Positions 8,612 through 18,600 of a stretch of DNA of 64,000 nt are shown in pieces. This stretch comes from Alphaproteobacteria bacterium. GTDB lineage: Bacteria > Pseudomonadota > Alphaproteobacteria > G963923945. The stretch lies in the NCBI GenBank assembly GCA_963923945.1, contig OZ000551.1, positions 136,704-200,703 of the forward strand, given 5' to 3'. A program made the translations under genes and the position numbers. Under the pieces are notes generated by a model that had not been told where the DNA came from, did no database searches, and was given only the letters and a program-made list of their open reading frames with translations. Numbering within the stretch: the first letter of the stretch is position 1; each line of letters opens with the position of its first letter.

Positions 8612-9805
8612 TTGGTTAAATTATTCACTTCAATGATCACGGATCGCTTTTCTCAATCCCTGGCCAACCGGCTGTTTCGCTGCCTGGATCATGTTGAGAC
8701 CGGACGCCTCACCCTGACTGCCCCGGACGGCCAGACCCGGGTTTTTGTCGGCCGCTCTCCTGGTGATGTCGCTGACATACAGATTCATGATTGGCGGGTG
8801 TTTAGCCATTTAATTTTTAAGGGTGATGTCGGTTTTGCACATGATTACCGGTCCGGCTATTGGGAGAGTGATGATCCCGCCGCTCTTGTTGGGTTTTTTC
8901 TAAAAAATCGCTCCAGTTTTGATCAATATGCATTCAGCGAGAGATTGCTCCATCTGGCGGCCAATATTGGCTATCGTTTGCGCCGCAATACGGTGCGGGG
9001 CAGTAAGAAAAATATTCAAGCCCATTATGATCTGGGCAATGATTTTTATGCGTTATGGCTTGATCCATCGATGACGTATTCTTCCGCTTTGTTTCGAAGC
9101 CAAAATGAACCGCTTGAAGCGGCCCAGAGCAATAAATATGACCGTATTATTCAGCAATTTAATTCTTTTTCGGGCCGGTTGCTGGATATCGGTTGTGGTT
9201 GGGGCGGCTTTGCCGACCATGCCGCATCCAGGGGTGATTTTTCCATTCAGGCGATTACTCTTTCTCAAGAACAATGCCGCTATGCCCAACAGCGCCTTGG
9301 GGACGATGCGCGGGTTTGCTTAAAAGATTATCGCTCCCAAGAGGGTTTTTTTGATCATATTGTCTCGATTGAGATGTTTGAGGCGGTCGGCGAGTCACAC
9401 TGGCCGGTTTACTTCCGGCGTATCGGCGATTTGCTCAAACAAGGGGGCCGGGCGGTTATCCAGACCATCACCATCAATAACCGTGATTTTCCGCGTTATC
9501 GCCGTGGGAGTGATTTTATCCGTAGTTATATTTTCCCTGGTGGTCTGTTACCCAGCCCGCAACGTTTCCAACAAGAAGCCGAACGAGCCGGCTTGAAAGC
9601 CGAAGGGATGCTTGCCTTTGGCCAGGATTACGCTCGGACTGTCACCCATTGGCTTCAAGCCTTCGATGATCAAAAATCGGCGGTCAAAGCCTTGGGGTTT
9701 GATGACGGATTTATACGTCTCTGGCGTTTTTATTTATCCGCCTGTATCGCTGGATTCAAAACCGGTCACAATGATGTCATGCAAGTCAGTTTGTGCCATG
9801 CTTAG
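8612..9805 (+). CDS. Cyclopropane-fatty-acyl-phospholipid-synthase-family SAM-dependent methyltransferase
   Basis: It has the SAM-binding motif LLDIGCGWGGFA and the CFA-synthase-like segments HYDLGNDFY and MFEAVG. The start is uncertain between TTG 8612 and ATG 8633. Confidence 0.85.
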   Translation: MVKLFTSMITDRFSQSLANRLFRCLDHVETGRLTLTAPDGQTRVFVGRSPGDVADIQIHDWRVFSHLIFKGDVGFAHDYRSGYWESDDPAALVGFFLKNRSSFDQYAFSERLLHLAANIGYRLRRNTVRGSKKNIQAHYDLGNDFYALWLDPSMTYSSALFRSQNEPLEAAQSNKYDRIIQQFNSFSGRLLDIGCGWGGFADHAASRGDFSIQAITLSQEQCRYAQQRLGDDARVCLKDYRSQEGFFDHIVSIEMFEAVGESHWPVYFRRIGDLLKQGGRAVIQTITINNRDFPRYRRGSDFIRSYIFPGGLLPSPQRFQQEAERAGLKAEGMLAFGQDYARTVTHWLQAFDDQKSAVKALGFDDGFIRLWRFYLSACIAGFKTGHNDVMQVSLCHA

Positions 9806-10445
9806 CCGGGTCATGAGACGCGTATGCTCGATATTATGCGTATCGGCATTTTTTGTGAGTGTCCTCTTCGCGGTTTCTGTGTCGCTAAGCTTGGCCGGGC
9901 AGTTTGGGGTTTATTCGCCCCAGTCTTCCCCTCCAATATCTGATGAGTCTGAACAATTGTTTTCCCAAGCAGAGTCTCCTGGCGTGATTGATCAAGTGAT
10001 CAAAGACTATGTCCCGAATGCTCAGCTGGTTGGGCAAGGACGCTTAACCGTTTTCATCTGGGATGTGTATGATGCATTTCTTTATGCCCCGGGGGGTCAG
10101 TGGCACCCTGACCGGCCTTTTGCGCTGAAATTATTGTATTTACGGCGGTTGTATGGGGATAAAATTGCCCAAAGATCAACCATAGAGATACGTAACCAAG
10201 GTTTTGGCGATGAAGACAGGTTGGCGACATGGGATAAGGAGATGGAGCGCATCTTTCCCGATGTTGATGAAGGGGTATCCTTGACCGGCATCTATACCGA
10301 TACCAGTCAGAGCCTTTTTTTCCTCAACAATCAAGAGATCGGGGTGATTGGTGATCCGGAATTCGGGCGGCAATTTTTTGGTATTTGGCTTAATGAAAAC
10401 ACCAGCGAGCCTGATTTGCGGCGGCAGTTACTCGGAGCGCGATGA
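9798..10445 (+). CDS. Chalcone-isomerase-like family protein with a signal peptide or membrane anchor
   Basis: It has a hydrophobic N-terminus VCSILCVSAFFVSVLFAVSV, and the body resembles the chalcone-isomerase-like proteins found in CFA-type clusters (family from memory). The start is 9798 or 9813. Confidence 0.5.
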   Translation: MLSRVMRRVCSILCVSAFFVSVLFAVSVSLSLAGQFGVYSPQSSPPISDESEQLFSQAESPGVIDQVIKDYVPNAQLVGQGRLTVFIWDVYDAFLYAPGGQWHPDRPFALKLLYLRRLYGDKIAQRSTIEIRNQGFGDEDRLATWDKEMERIFPDVDEGVSLTGIYTDTSQSLFFLNNQEIGVIGDPEFGRQFFGIWLNENTSEPDLRRQLLGAR

Positions 10446-11740
10446 CTCCCCGATTATCGTTCCGGTCTCTTCTTCAATATGCCGTTTTGGCTCTCCCATT
10501 GGCGTTTGCCGGGTTGCCGCTTTATATCCATGCCCCTGATTTTTATACCCGCAATCTCGGGGTTAATATCAGCTTGATCGGTATCGTGCTGATGGGGGTG
10601 CGGTTGCTGGACGCCTTCCAAGATCCGATTATCGGCTATCTCTCAGATCGTCATGCGCACCAACGTTATGGGATTATGTTGGCTGGGATTGTTCTGTTGG
10701 TCTTGGGGATGGCGGCGGTTTTTTACGGGCCGCCGCAGGGTGTTGCGGCGATTGTCTGGTTTGCCATCGGTATGATTGCCGCCACCACCGGGTTTAGTAT
10801 TGTTACCATCAATTTTACCATGATCGGCGGCTTATGGCGTGATGCCCCAACCGAGCGGACCCGTATCGCGGCTTGGCGTGAGGCCTTGACTTTACTCGGT
10901 CTTCTGATCGCGGTGATCTTGCCGACTGTTCTGCAATTTTTTCCGCAATTTTTGCGGCCGATTGATCTTGCAGCGGCCTATATTGTTTCCTTTTGGATTT
11001 TTGCGGTTGTGATGGTGGTGGCTCTGCTTTCTTTTAGCCATTTTATGTCCGGCATACCGATGGACCATCCGGTTCGCCAGTCCAGTGATCATAGAGGATT
11101 ATCATTTTTGCCGATTTTACTGGGTGTCAACAGGTGGTTTTTTCTGGTCTGTTTTCTGACCCATTTGGCGGCCGCATTGCCTGGCGTGACGGTTTTGTTT
11201 TTTATTCGTGATTATTTGGGCGCGGATCATTTGGCCGGGTTGTTTTTATTCCTTTATTTTATCTCTGGAGCCGCGTTCATGGCAGTATGGGTGCGGTTGG
11301 CAGATCGTTGGGGACGCGAAAAAGCCTGGTTTTGGGGGATGATTCTGGCCATTGTAACTTTTATCTGGGCTGCCACCATGCAGCCGGGTGATGTTTTCCC
11401 TTACGGCGTGATTTGCGTTCTTTCCGGGGCGGCTTTGGGTGCTGATCTCTCATTGCCGCCGGCCATTCTGGCTGATCGCATCACCGCCCTTAAAGCGGAA
11501 AAAGAAGCCACCCAATATTATGCTTTGTTGGCCTTTCTGCCCAAGATATCCTTGGCTGTAGCTGGTGGGGTTGCCTTTCTTATTTTGGGTGCTTTCGACT
11601 TTGCCGCTGGCCAAGAGAATACATCCCAAGCCATGATTGTTTTGATCACGCTTTACACTCTTATTCCTTGCCTGATCAAATCAATGGCCGCCGGATTGCT
11701 TTGGCGTTTACGCATTATGGAGGAAACCAGCAATGAATAG
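10442..11740 (+). CDS. MFS transporter (GPH / MFS_2-like)
   Basis: It has about 12 hydrophobic helices and the GPH-like motif RLLDAFQDPIIGYLSDR. Its ATG overlaps the previous stop (ATGA). Confidence 0.75.
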   Translation: MTPRLSFRSLLQYAVLALPLAFAGLPLYIHAPDFYTRNLGVNISLIGIVLMGVRLLDAFQDPIIGYLSDRHAHQRYGIMLAGIVLLVLGMAAVFYGPPQGVAAIVWFAIGMIAATTGFSIVTINFTMIGGLWRDAPTERTRIAAWREALTLLGLLIAVILPTVLQFFPQFLRPIDLAAAYIVSFWIFAVVMVVALLSFSHFMSGIPMDHPVRQSSDHRGLSFLPILLGVNRWFFLVCFLTHLAAALPGVTVLFFIRDYLGADHLAGLFLFLYFISGAAFMAVWVRLADRWGREKAWFWGMILAIVTFIWAATMQPGDVFPYGVICVLSGAALGADLSLPPAILADRITALKAEKEATQYYALLAFLPKISLAVAGGVAFLILGAFDFAAGQENTSQAMIVLITLYTLIPCLIKSMAAGLLWRLRIMEETSNE

Positions 11741-12338
11741 GTTCAAAAAAATTGTCCTCAAAAAAGTCATCTTTAAAGATAAAATTCTCAAAGATAAAAT
11801 CTTTAAAAGCAAAAAGGTGATTCTCATGGGGCTTTTGGCACTTCTTCATGGTTGTTCGGGGCCGTCTCTTGATCATTATCAAGGTTCGGGACCACCGCTG
11901 ATTTTGGAAGAGTATTTTAATGGTCCGATTAAGGCCTGGGGGCTGGTTCAGGACTATAAAGGCCATGTGGTGCGGCGTTTTGATGTTGATATGGTCGGGT
12001 CCTGGGAAGGGAATAGCGGGACATTGAAGGAAGATTTCGTCTATTATGATGGTGAACGCCAACAGCGTATTTGGACAATCAAAAAAATCACCAATGATCA
12101 CTATCAAGGTGAGGCGACCGATATTCTCGATAAGGCCGAGGGCAAGACCCAAGGTTCGGCAATGCGTTGGGCCTATCAAATGGATCTCCCGGTGGGAGAG
12201 AATGTCTATCGGATCCGCTTCGATGACTGGATGTTCTTGATGAATGATGGGGTTTTGATCAATCGCTCTTATCTGAAGAAATTCGGGTTTACAGTGGCTG
12301 AATTGACCTTATTCATGCAAAAACAACCCACAAGGTGA
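11733..12338 (+). CDS. DUF3833-family lipoprotein
   Basis: It has a lipobox LLALLHGC, and the body EEYFNGPIKAWGLVQDYKGHVVRRFDVDM is typical of DUF3833 (from memory). Confidence 0.65.
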   Translation: MNRFKKIVLKKVIFKDKILKDKIFKSKKVILMGLLALLHGCSGPSLDHYQGSGPPLILEEYFNGPIKAWGLVQDYKGHVVRRFDVDMVGSWEGNSGTLKEDFVYYDGERQQRIWTIKKITNDHYQGEATDILDKAEGKTQGSAMRWAYQMDLPVGENVYRIRFDDWMFLMNDGVLINRSYLKKFGFTVAELTLFMQKQPTR

Positions 12339-12379
12339 GAGGAAACAACCCTAAAAAAACCAAAAGAAAGATAAAAGAG

Positions 12380-13147
12380 ATGCGCAAAAAGCCATATGAT
12401 GGCCGCCATATTTGGATTCTCGGGGCCAGCAGCGGGATTGGTCGAGCCTTGGCGATTGAATTGGCGGCCCAGGGGGCTGTTTTGGCTTTATCGGCGCGCC
12501 GCCGGGATGCTCTGGAAATACTCAACCAAGAATTGGGCGGCCACCATCAAGTTTTTCCGGTCGATGTGGCTGATGCCAAAAAGCTCTCCCAAGCCGCCAA
12601 GAGTATCCAGAAAATTTTCCCCAAATTGGACAGCGCTGTTTTTATGGCGGCCATTTATCAACCGGGGACTCTTGAGGCGATGGATATCAAGAAAGCCCAT
12701 CAGTTGGTTGCGATCAATTTTAACGGGGCGCTCAATACAATTCATGCCGTTCTGCCGATTTTGAACCATCAAAAAACTGGTCAGATTGCCCTTTGCGCCA
12801 GTGTTGCCGGGTATCGGGGGTTGCCCTATGGCCAACCTTATGCGGCCACCAAAGCCGCCTTGATCAATTTGGCTGAGTCTTTGCGTTGTGAGCAAAAATC
12901 CCAGGGAATTGATGTCAAGGTCATCAATTCCGGTTTTGTAAAAACGCCGATGACGGGACAAAACACGTTTCCCATGCCCTTACAAATTTCGGCCGAAGAA
13001 GCGGCCAAACAGATTGCCAAGGGGCTTCAATCACGGGCCTTTGAGATTCATTTCCCAAAATTATTTACCTGGCTTGCCAAAATTGTCCGCTTGATGCCCG
13101 CGACCTTGTTTTTTCAAGTCGCTGCTTTGCGTCACCGGCTTCGATAA
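12380..13147 (+). CDS. Short-chain dehydrogenase/reductase (SDR)
   Basis: It has the motif GASSGIGRA and the catalytic YAATKAAL (YxxxK). The ORF is open from 12335. Confidence 0.85.
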   Translation: MRKKPYDGRHIWILGASSGIGRALAIELAAQGAVLALSARRRDALEILNQELGGHHQVFPVDVADAKKLSQAAKSIQKIFPKLDSAVFMAAIYQPGTLEAMDIKKAHQLVAINFNGALNTIHAVLPILNHQKTGQIALCASVAGYRGLPYGQPYAATKAALINLAESLRCEQKSQGIDVKVINSGFVKTPMTGQNTFPMPLQISAEEAAKQIAKGLQSRAFEIHFPKLFTWLAKIVRLMPATLFFQVAALRHRLR

Positions 13148-13167
13148 TAGGGATATGGATTGAAAAA

Positions 13168-15264
13168 TTAGCCACTGCGGGCCCGGCCGATGGCTTCATG
13201 ATGGGCAAAGAGATGGAGCAACAATTTTAAGCCAGGACCGCGCGGGCCTTTCAGATGGGGGTCAGTTTTGATCATGGCTTGGGCTTCTTGGGATGCGGCG
13301 ATCAACAGGTCATGATCACTGGTTAAATCAGCCAGCTTAAAATCAGGCAGCCCGCTTTGTCGAATCCCCAGCATATCGCCGCTGCCGCGGAGCCGTAAAT
13401 CTTGTTCGGCAATGTCAAAGCCATTGCTGTTGTGACGGAGTATTTTTAGGCGCTCGGCAGCGGTTCTTGACAATGGCGAGGCATACAGCAACAAGCAAAC
13501 CCCGGCTTGATCGCCTCTGCCAATGCGTCCACGTAGTTGATGGAGTTGGGCCAGGCCAAAACGTTCCGCATGTTCAATAACAATCAGGGTTGCTTCAGGG
13601 ACATCAATTCCAACCTCAATCACTGTGGTGGCAACCAGAATAGCGATGCGGCCGCTGGTGAAATGATGCATCACCTGTTCTTTATCTTGGGCGGCCATAC
13701 CGCCATGAATCAGACCAACATGACCGGGAAATTGTTGCTCCAAGATGGCATAGCGGGTGGTGGCAGCAGTCAGATTGCTCTGCTTATTTTCTTCAATCAG
13801 AGGACAAATCCAATAGACTCGTTCGCCGTTTTTTAATTTACGGGCCAGGGCTTGACAGACATCATCAAGCCGCTCCAGAGGCAGCACCCGGGTATCAATC
13901 GGCTGCCGTCCGGGGGGCTTGTCATGAATGCGTGATACCGGGACTCCGCCATAAAGAGCCAAAGTCAGGCTGCGTGGGATCGGGGTGGCAGTCATCAGCA
14001 AGATATCTGCTTGTGGGGCACGTTCTTGCAGCCTTATGCGTTGATCAACCCCAAAGCGGTGCTGCTCATCAATCACCACCAGCCCAACATCATGAAAACG
14101 GACTCCCTCTTGAAACAAAGCATGGGTCCCGACCACCAAGTGAGCGGCTCCAGAGGCCGTTTCTGCCAAGCGATGGCGCCGTTGGGTTGCGGTATCGCGG
14201 CCGGTCAATAATACATTTCTGATTCGGGCGGTTGAGTCAGCAAAAAAATGGTTGAGAGTTTGATGATGTTGCTCGGCCAATAATGCGGTTGGTGCCATGA
14301 AAACCGCTTGGCGGCCCGATACGATACTGTTGGCAATCGCTAAAGCAGCCACTAACGTCTTGCCAGATCCAACATCACCTTGCAGCAAACGCAACATATG
14401 CTTTCGCGAGTCCATATCATGTTCAATGTCATCCACCGCCGCTTTCTGGCCGGGGGTCATTGCCAAGCCCGCCTGATTAAGCAATCTGTTTTTTTCCTCT
14501 GGGTTGGGGGGGGTGGATCGTCCAGAGCGCTGGGTGACTCGATGATGGGTGAGGGCCCAGGATAACTGGTTGGCCAGCAATTCATCATAAGCCAACCGAC
14601 GGCGGGCCGGTTGTTCTTGGCTGTGGTCTGGGGGCGCGCCGGGTCGGTGTAATTCTGTGACCGCCTCTTTCCAGCCGGGCCAGCGGTGCTGATCAATATT
14701 CTCAACCTCTAGCCATTCAGGTAGGGCGGGCAGAATATTGATGGCGGCCTGGATGGCCTTTGAGACCATTTTACGGCTGAGTCCTTCGGTGAGGGCATAA
14801 ACCGGCTCAACCTCTGGCAGACCGTCAGCCTGTTCTGGCATGACCACATGATCGGGATGGGGGATTTGCCATCTATCGGCGTAACGTTCCAAACGGCCCG
14901 AGACAATGCGGCGCGATTCTTCAGGGAGCAAGCGCTGTAAATAGTCGCGATGGGCATGAAAAAACACCAAATCAATAAAGCCGGTCTCATCTTGACAGGA
15001 TATTCTGTAAGGCAAGCGCTTATTGGGTGGCGGGCGATGCCTGCCAATTTTTACATCAAGTGTGACAATGGTTGCGCTATGATGATCAGCCAAATCAGCG
15101 ATATTGGGTTTATGGCGGCGGTCAATCACCCCGGTTGGTTGATGCCAGAGCAGATCGACAACCCGGGGACCGGATAATTTCGTGAAGAGTTGCGCGGTTT
15201 TTCGACCAATGCCCGGCAAAGAATCGATGGATGCAAAAAGCGGGTTGAGGATTGATGGACGCAT
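13168..15264 (-). CDS. recG: ATP-dependent DNA helicase RecG
   Basis: It has the helicase motifs GDVGSGKT, DEQHRFG and QLRGRIGRG, an N-terminal wedge domain, and a length of 698 aa. Confidence 0.9.
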   Translation of the reverse strand: MRPSILNPLFASIDSLPGIGRKTAQLFTKLSGPRVVDLLWHQPTGVIDRRHKPNIADLADHHSATIVTLDVKIGRHRPPPNKRLPYRISCQDETGFIDLVFFHAHRDYLQRLLPEESRRIVSGRLERYADRWQIPHPDHVVMPEQADGLPEVEPVYALTEGLSRKMVSKAIQAAINILPALPEWLEVENIDQHRWPGWKEAVTELHRPGAPPDHSQEQPARRRLAYDELLANQLSWALTHHRVTQRSGRSTPPNPEEKNRLLNQAGLAMTPGQKAAVDDIEHDMDSRKHMLRLLQGDVGSGKTLVAALAIANSIVSGRQAVFMAPTALLAEQHHQTLNHFFADSTARIRNVLLTGRDTATQRRHRLAETASGAAHLVVGTHALFQEGVRFHDVGLVVIDEQHRFGVDQRIRLQERAPQADILLMTATPIPRSLTLALYGGVPVSRIHDKPPGRQPIDTRVLPLERLDDVCQALARKLKNGERVYWICPLIEENKQSNLTAATTRYAILEQQFPGHVGLIHGGMAAQDKEQVMHHFTSGRIAILVATTVIEVGIDVPEATLIVIEHAERFGLAQLHQLRGRIGRGDQAGVCLLLYASPLSRTAAERLKILRHNSNGFDIAEQDLRLRGSGDMLGIRQSGLPDFKLADLTSDHDLLIAASQEAQAMIKTDPHLKGPRGPGLKLLLHLFAHHEAIGRARSG

Positions 15265-15366
15265 GGATAATAAAAAGAGACCAAAAGAGATCGTTTTGTT
15301 GCAATGACGTTACTGGGATAACCAACAATACTCCTATTTGATGGATTCATAGACCAGAAAATCATC

Positions 15367-15666
15367 ATGAAACGCCGCCAAAACAATGCGCTGAATATTG
15401 AAGACCTCACCGTGCGTCGCAAGCAGTTATTGTTTCGTAGTGAGCATCGCGGTATGCGAGAAATGGATATGATCCTCTCAACATTCGGCCGTAAATATCT
15501 TAACCAGCTTGATGCAGAAGGCCTCGATTCTTATGAGATCCTCTTGAAATATGGCGATAATGATCTTTATGCTTGGATCAGTGGTCAGGAGGATGTTCCT
15601 GAAGAATACCGCAGCCCGGTCCTTGATTTATTTGTTAACCATACATTGGATTTTCTCAAAACTTGA
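15367..15666 (+). CDS. sdhE: Succinate dehydrogenase flavinylation factor (SdhE / SDHAF2 family)
   Basis: It is 99 aa and carries the RGMREMDMIL motif typical of DUF339/SdhE. It lies immediately upstream of mfd. Confidence 0.75.
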   Translation: MKRRQNNALNIEDLTVRRKQLLFRSEHRGMREMDMILSTFGRKYLNQLDAEGLDSYEILLKYGDNDLYAWISGQEDVPEEYRSPVLDLFVNHTLDFLKT

Positions 15667-18600
15667 CGATCATTGATGATTTTTCGGGGGTGGCGGGTTT
15701 GAGCAAAATTGCCCGTTCCCCTGAAGGGGTGGACGCGCTGGTTGCAGCTCAATGGCTATCCAAAACCGATACGCCGCCTCTGTTGGTGGTGATGCGTGAT
15801 GATAAACGCCTGGCGACTTTCTCGCAGCAGCTGGCTTTTTTCGCGCCAAAAGCCAAGATTGCCCTTTTATCGGCTTGGGATTGTACCCCTTATGATTTGA
15901 TATCCCCGCGCAATGATGTGGTGGCTGGGCGTATGCGGACTCTTTGTGATCTGGCGTGTGCCCGGATATCGGGTCGGTTCCATGAGGAGCCGCTTGCCGT
16001 TGTCACAACAGTAGCGGCCTTAACTCAACGTGTACCAGATATTGACCTGCTGGCCCAAGCGCGGATTGCTGTTCGAGTTGGCCAGACTCTATCATCCACC
16101 ACCATTTTGGCGTTTCTTAATCAGCATGGCTATCAACGGGTTGAGACCGTGCGTGAACCGGGGGAATATGCGCCGCGTGGTGGATTGCTGGATATTTTTC
16201 CCCCCGGTGTCGCTTCGCCGATGCGGTTAGATTTTTTTGGTGATCAACTGGAGAGTTTGCGCCTCTTTGACCCGGTTTCCCAGCGCAGCACCGGGCGGTG
16301 TGATGGCTGTGAATTGGTTCCGGCCCGCGAGTTTCCGTTTGATCAAGCGGCCATTTCCCGTTTTCGTGCTGGTTACCGGGCTCTTTTCGGCACCGGTGGT
16401 GGCAAAGATATGTTTTATGAGGCGGTTTCCGCCGGTCAGGAACCGGCTGGATTGGCCCATTGGTCGCCGCTTTTGCATGAAAAAATGGCGACAATTTTTG
16501 ATTATCTCCCCCATGCGGTGGTTGTACTGGATGCTGATTTTTCTCAATGTTTGGCGGCCCGTTTGGATAGGGTTCGGGCCTGCTGGCAAGCCCGGGCCAC
16601 CGGTCAAGAGGGCCTCTCATCATATGATGATATGCCCCGTCACCCTTTGCCACCGCAACGGCTCTATCTCGACCCTTCGGAGATTGACGCGATTCTCTCC
16701 CAACGGCGACGGCTGACTTTTACACCCTATCATTTACCGGCTGCGGCCGATGTGGTGGATGCCGGGGGTGAAATTGGACCTGATTTCACGGCGATGACCG
16801 TTTCGGCTGGCCCGGTGGCTGCTTTGAAGCAGGCCAAAACAGTGATTGAAAAAGCCCAAACGGCCGGAAAACAGGTGATCATCACGGCCAAGGATCAAAA
16901 GAGGCGGCAACGTTTGCGCGCCCTTTTGGAAGAGCAGAATCTCACATCATTGACCCTTTGTGATGATTGGGCCTCCTGCTTTGCGTGCAACCCCAGCAAG
17001 AGTATCGCGATGGTTGTGATGGCTCTGGAGCGGGGTTTTATTCATGGTGCCCTCATGGTGATTGCCGAGGCGGATATTTTCGGTGCTCACACCCCTCAAG
17101 CAGCCCGACGGCGGCGGGCTGAAGATGTCATTGCCGAGGCATCCAGCTTATCGGTGGGTGATTTGGTGGTGCATATTGAGCATGGAATTGGTCGTTATGA
17201 AGGGTTGGAAACCTTGACGGTTGGCGGTGCGGCCCATGACTGTCTCCATCTCACCTATCATAATGACGACAAGCTCTATGTGCCGGTTGAAAATATTGAA
17301 TTATTGTCGCGCTATGGCGGCGAAAATTTAGGAATACTGGATCGTTTGGGCAGTACTTCTTGGCAATCCCGTAAGGCCAAGGTCAAAAACCGCTTACGTG
17401 ATATGGCTGGTGAATTGATCAAGGTTGCGGCCGCCCGGGCGGCCGCAGAAATGGAGCCGATGCAGCCGGATAAAGTGGGATTTTCGGCGTTTTGTGCCGG
17501 TTTTCCGTATGCGGAAACCGAAGATCAGGATGCAGCCATTCGTGATGTTTTGGCTGATATGGCCGCCACCCGACCAATGGATCGTTTGGTTTGTGGTGAT
17601 GTGGGTTTCGGCAAGACCGAGGTGGCTCTTCGGGCGGCTTATACGGCGGTTGATAATGGTTATCAAGTTGCGGTGGTCGCACCGACAACCCTCCTCTGCC
17701 GCCAACATGCCGAACTCTTCGGCCAGCGTTTTGCCGGTCTGCCGATAAAAATTGGTGTTTTGTCGCGCTTTACGGCCTCTAAAGAGGCAGCTGAAATTCG
17801 CCATGGTCTAAAATCGGGAGCCATTCATATCGTCATCGGGACCCATGCCGTGTTGAGCGATAAGGTCAGTTTCGACATGTTGGGATTGATCATTATTGAT
17901 GAAGAGCAGCATTTTGGGGTGCGGCAGAAGGAAAAGCTTAAAAATCTACGCGGCGGTGTCCATGTTCTCACCCTGAGTGCCACTCCAATCCCGCGCACCT
18001 TGCAATTATCCATGGCCGGGGTGCGGGATTTGAGTTTGATTGCCTCACCACCAGTCAATCGGTTGGCAGTACGGACATTCATTCTCCCCCGAGATCCGGT
18101 GGTGATTCGTGAAGCCCTCAATCGTGAGCATGCCCGACAAGGCCAGAGTTTTTATGTCTGCCCACGGGTGAAAGATTTGGCGGTGGTTGAGGCACGTTTG
18201 CGCGATTATGTTCCCGGTCTGAGCTGGCGGGTGGCCCATGGCGCAATGGCAGTGCGTGATTTAGAGCAAACGATGAATGATTTTCGTGATGGCCGGTTTG
18301 ATATTCTGCTTTCAACCAGCATCATTGAGTCGGGGCTTGATTTACCCCGGGCCAATACATTGATCGTTGAGCGTTCCGATATGTTTGGTTTGTCGCAGCT
18401 TTACCAATTACGTGGACGTATTGGCCGTTCCGAACGGCGGGGTTATGCCTATTTTACCACGCCTCCGGTTGGCGGTGTCGGGCCGCAGGCGCAAAAACGT
18501 CTGCAGGTTCTGCACCAGCTGGATACCTTGGGGGCGGGCTTTACCCTGGCCAACCATGATCTGGATATACGGGGGGCGGGCAATCTGCTGGGCAGTGAGC

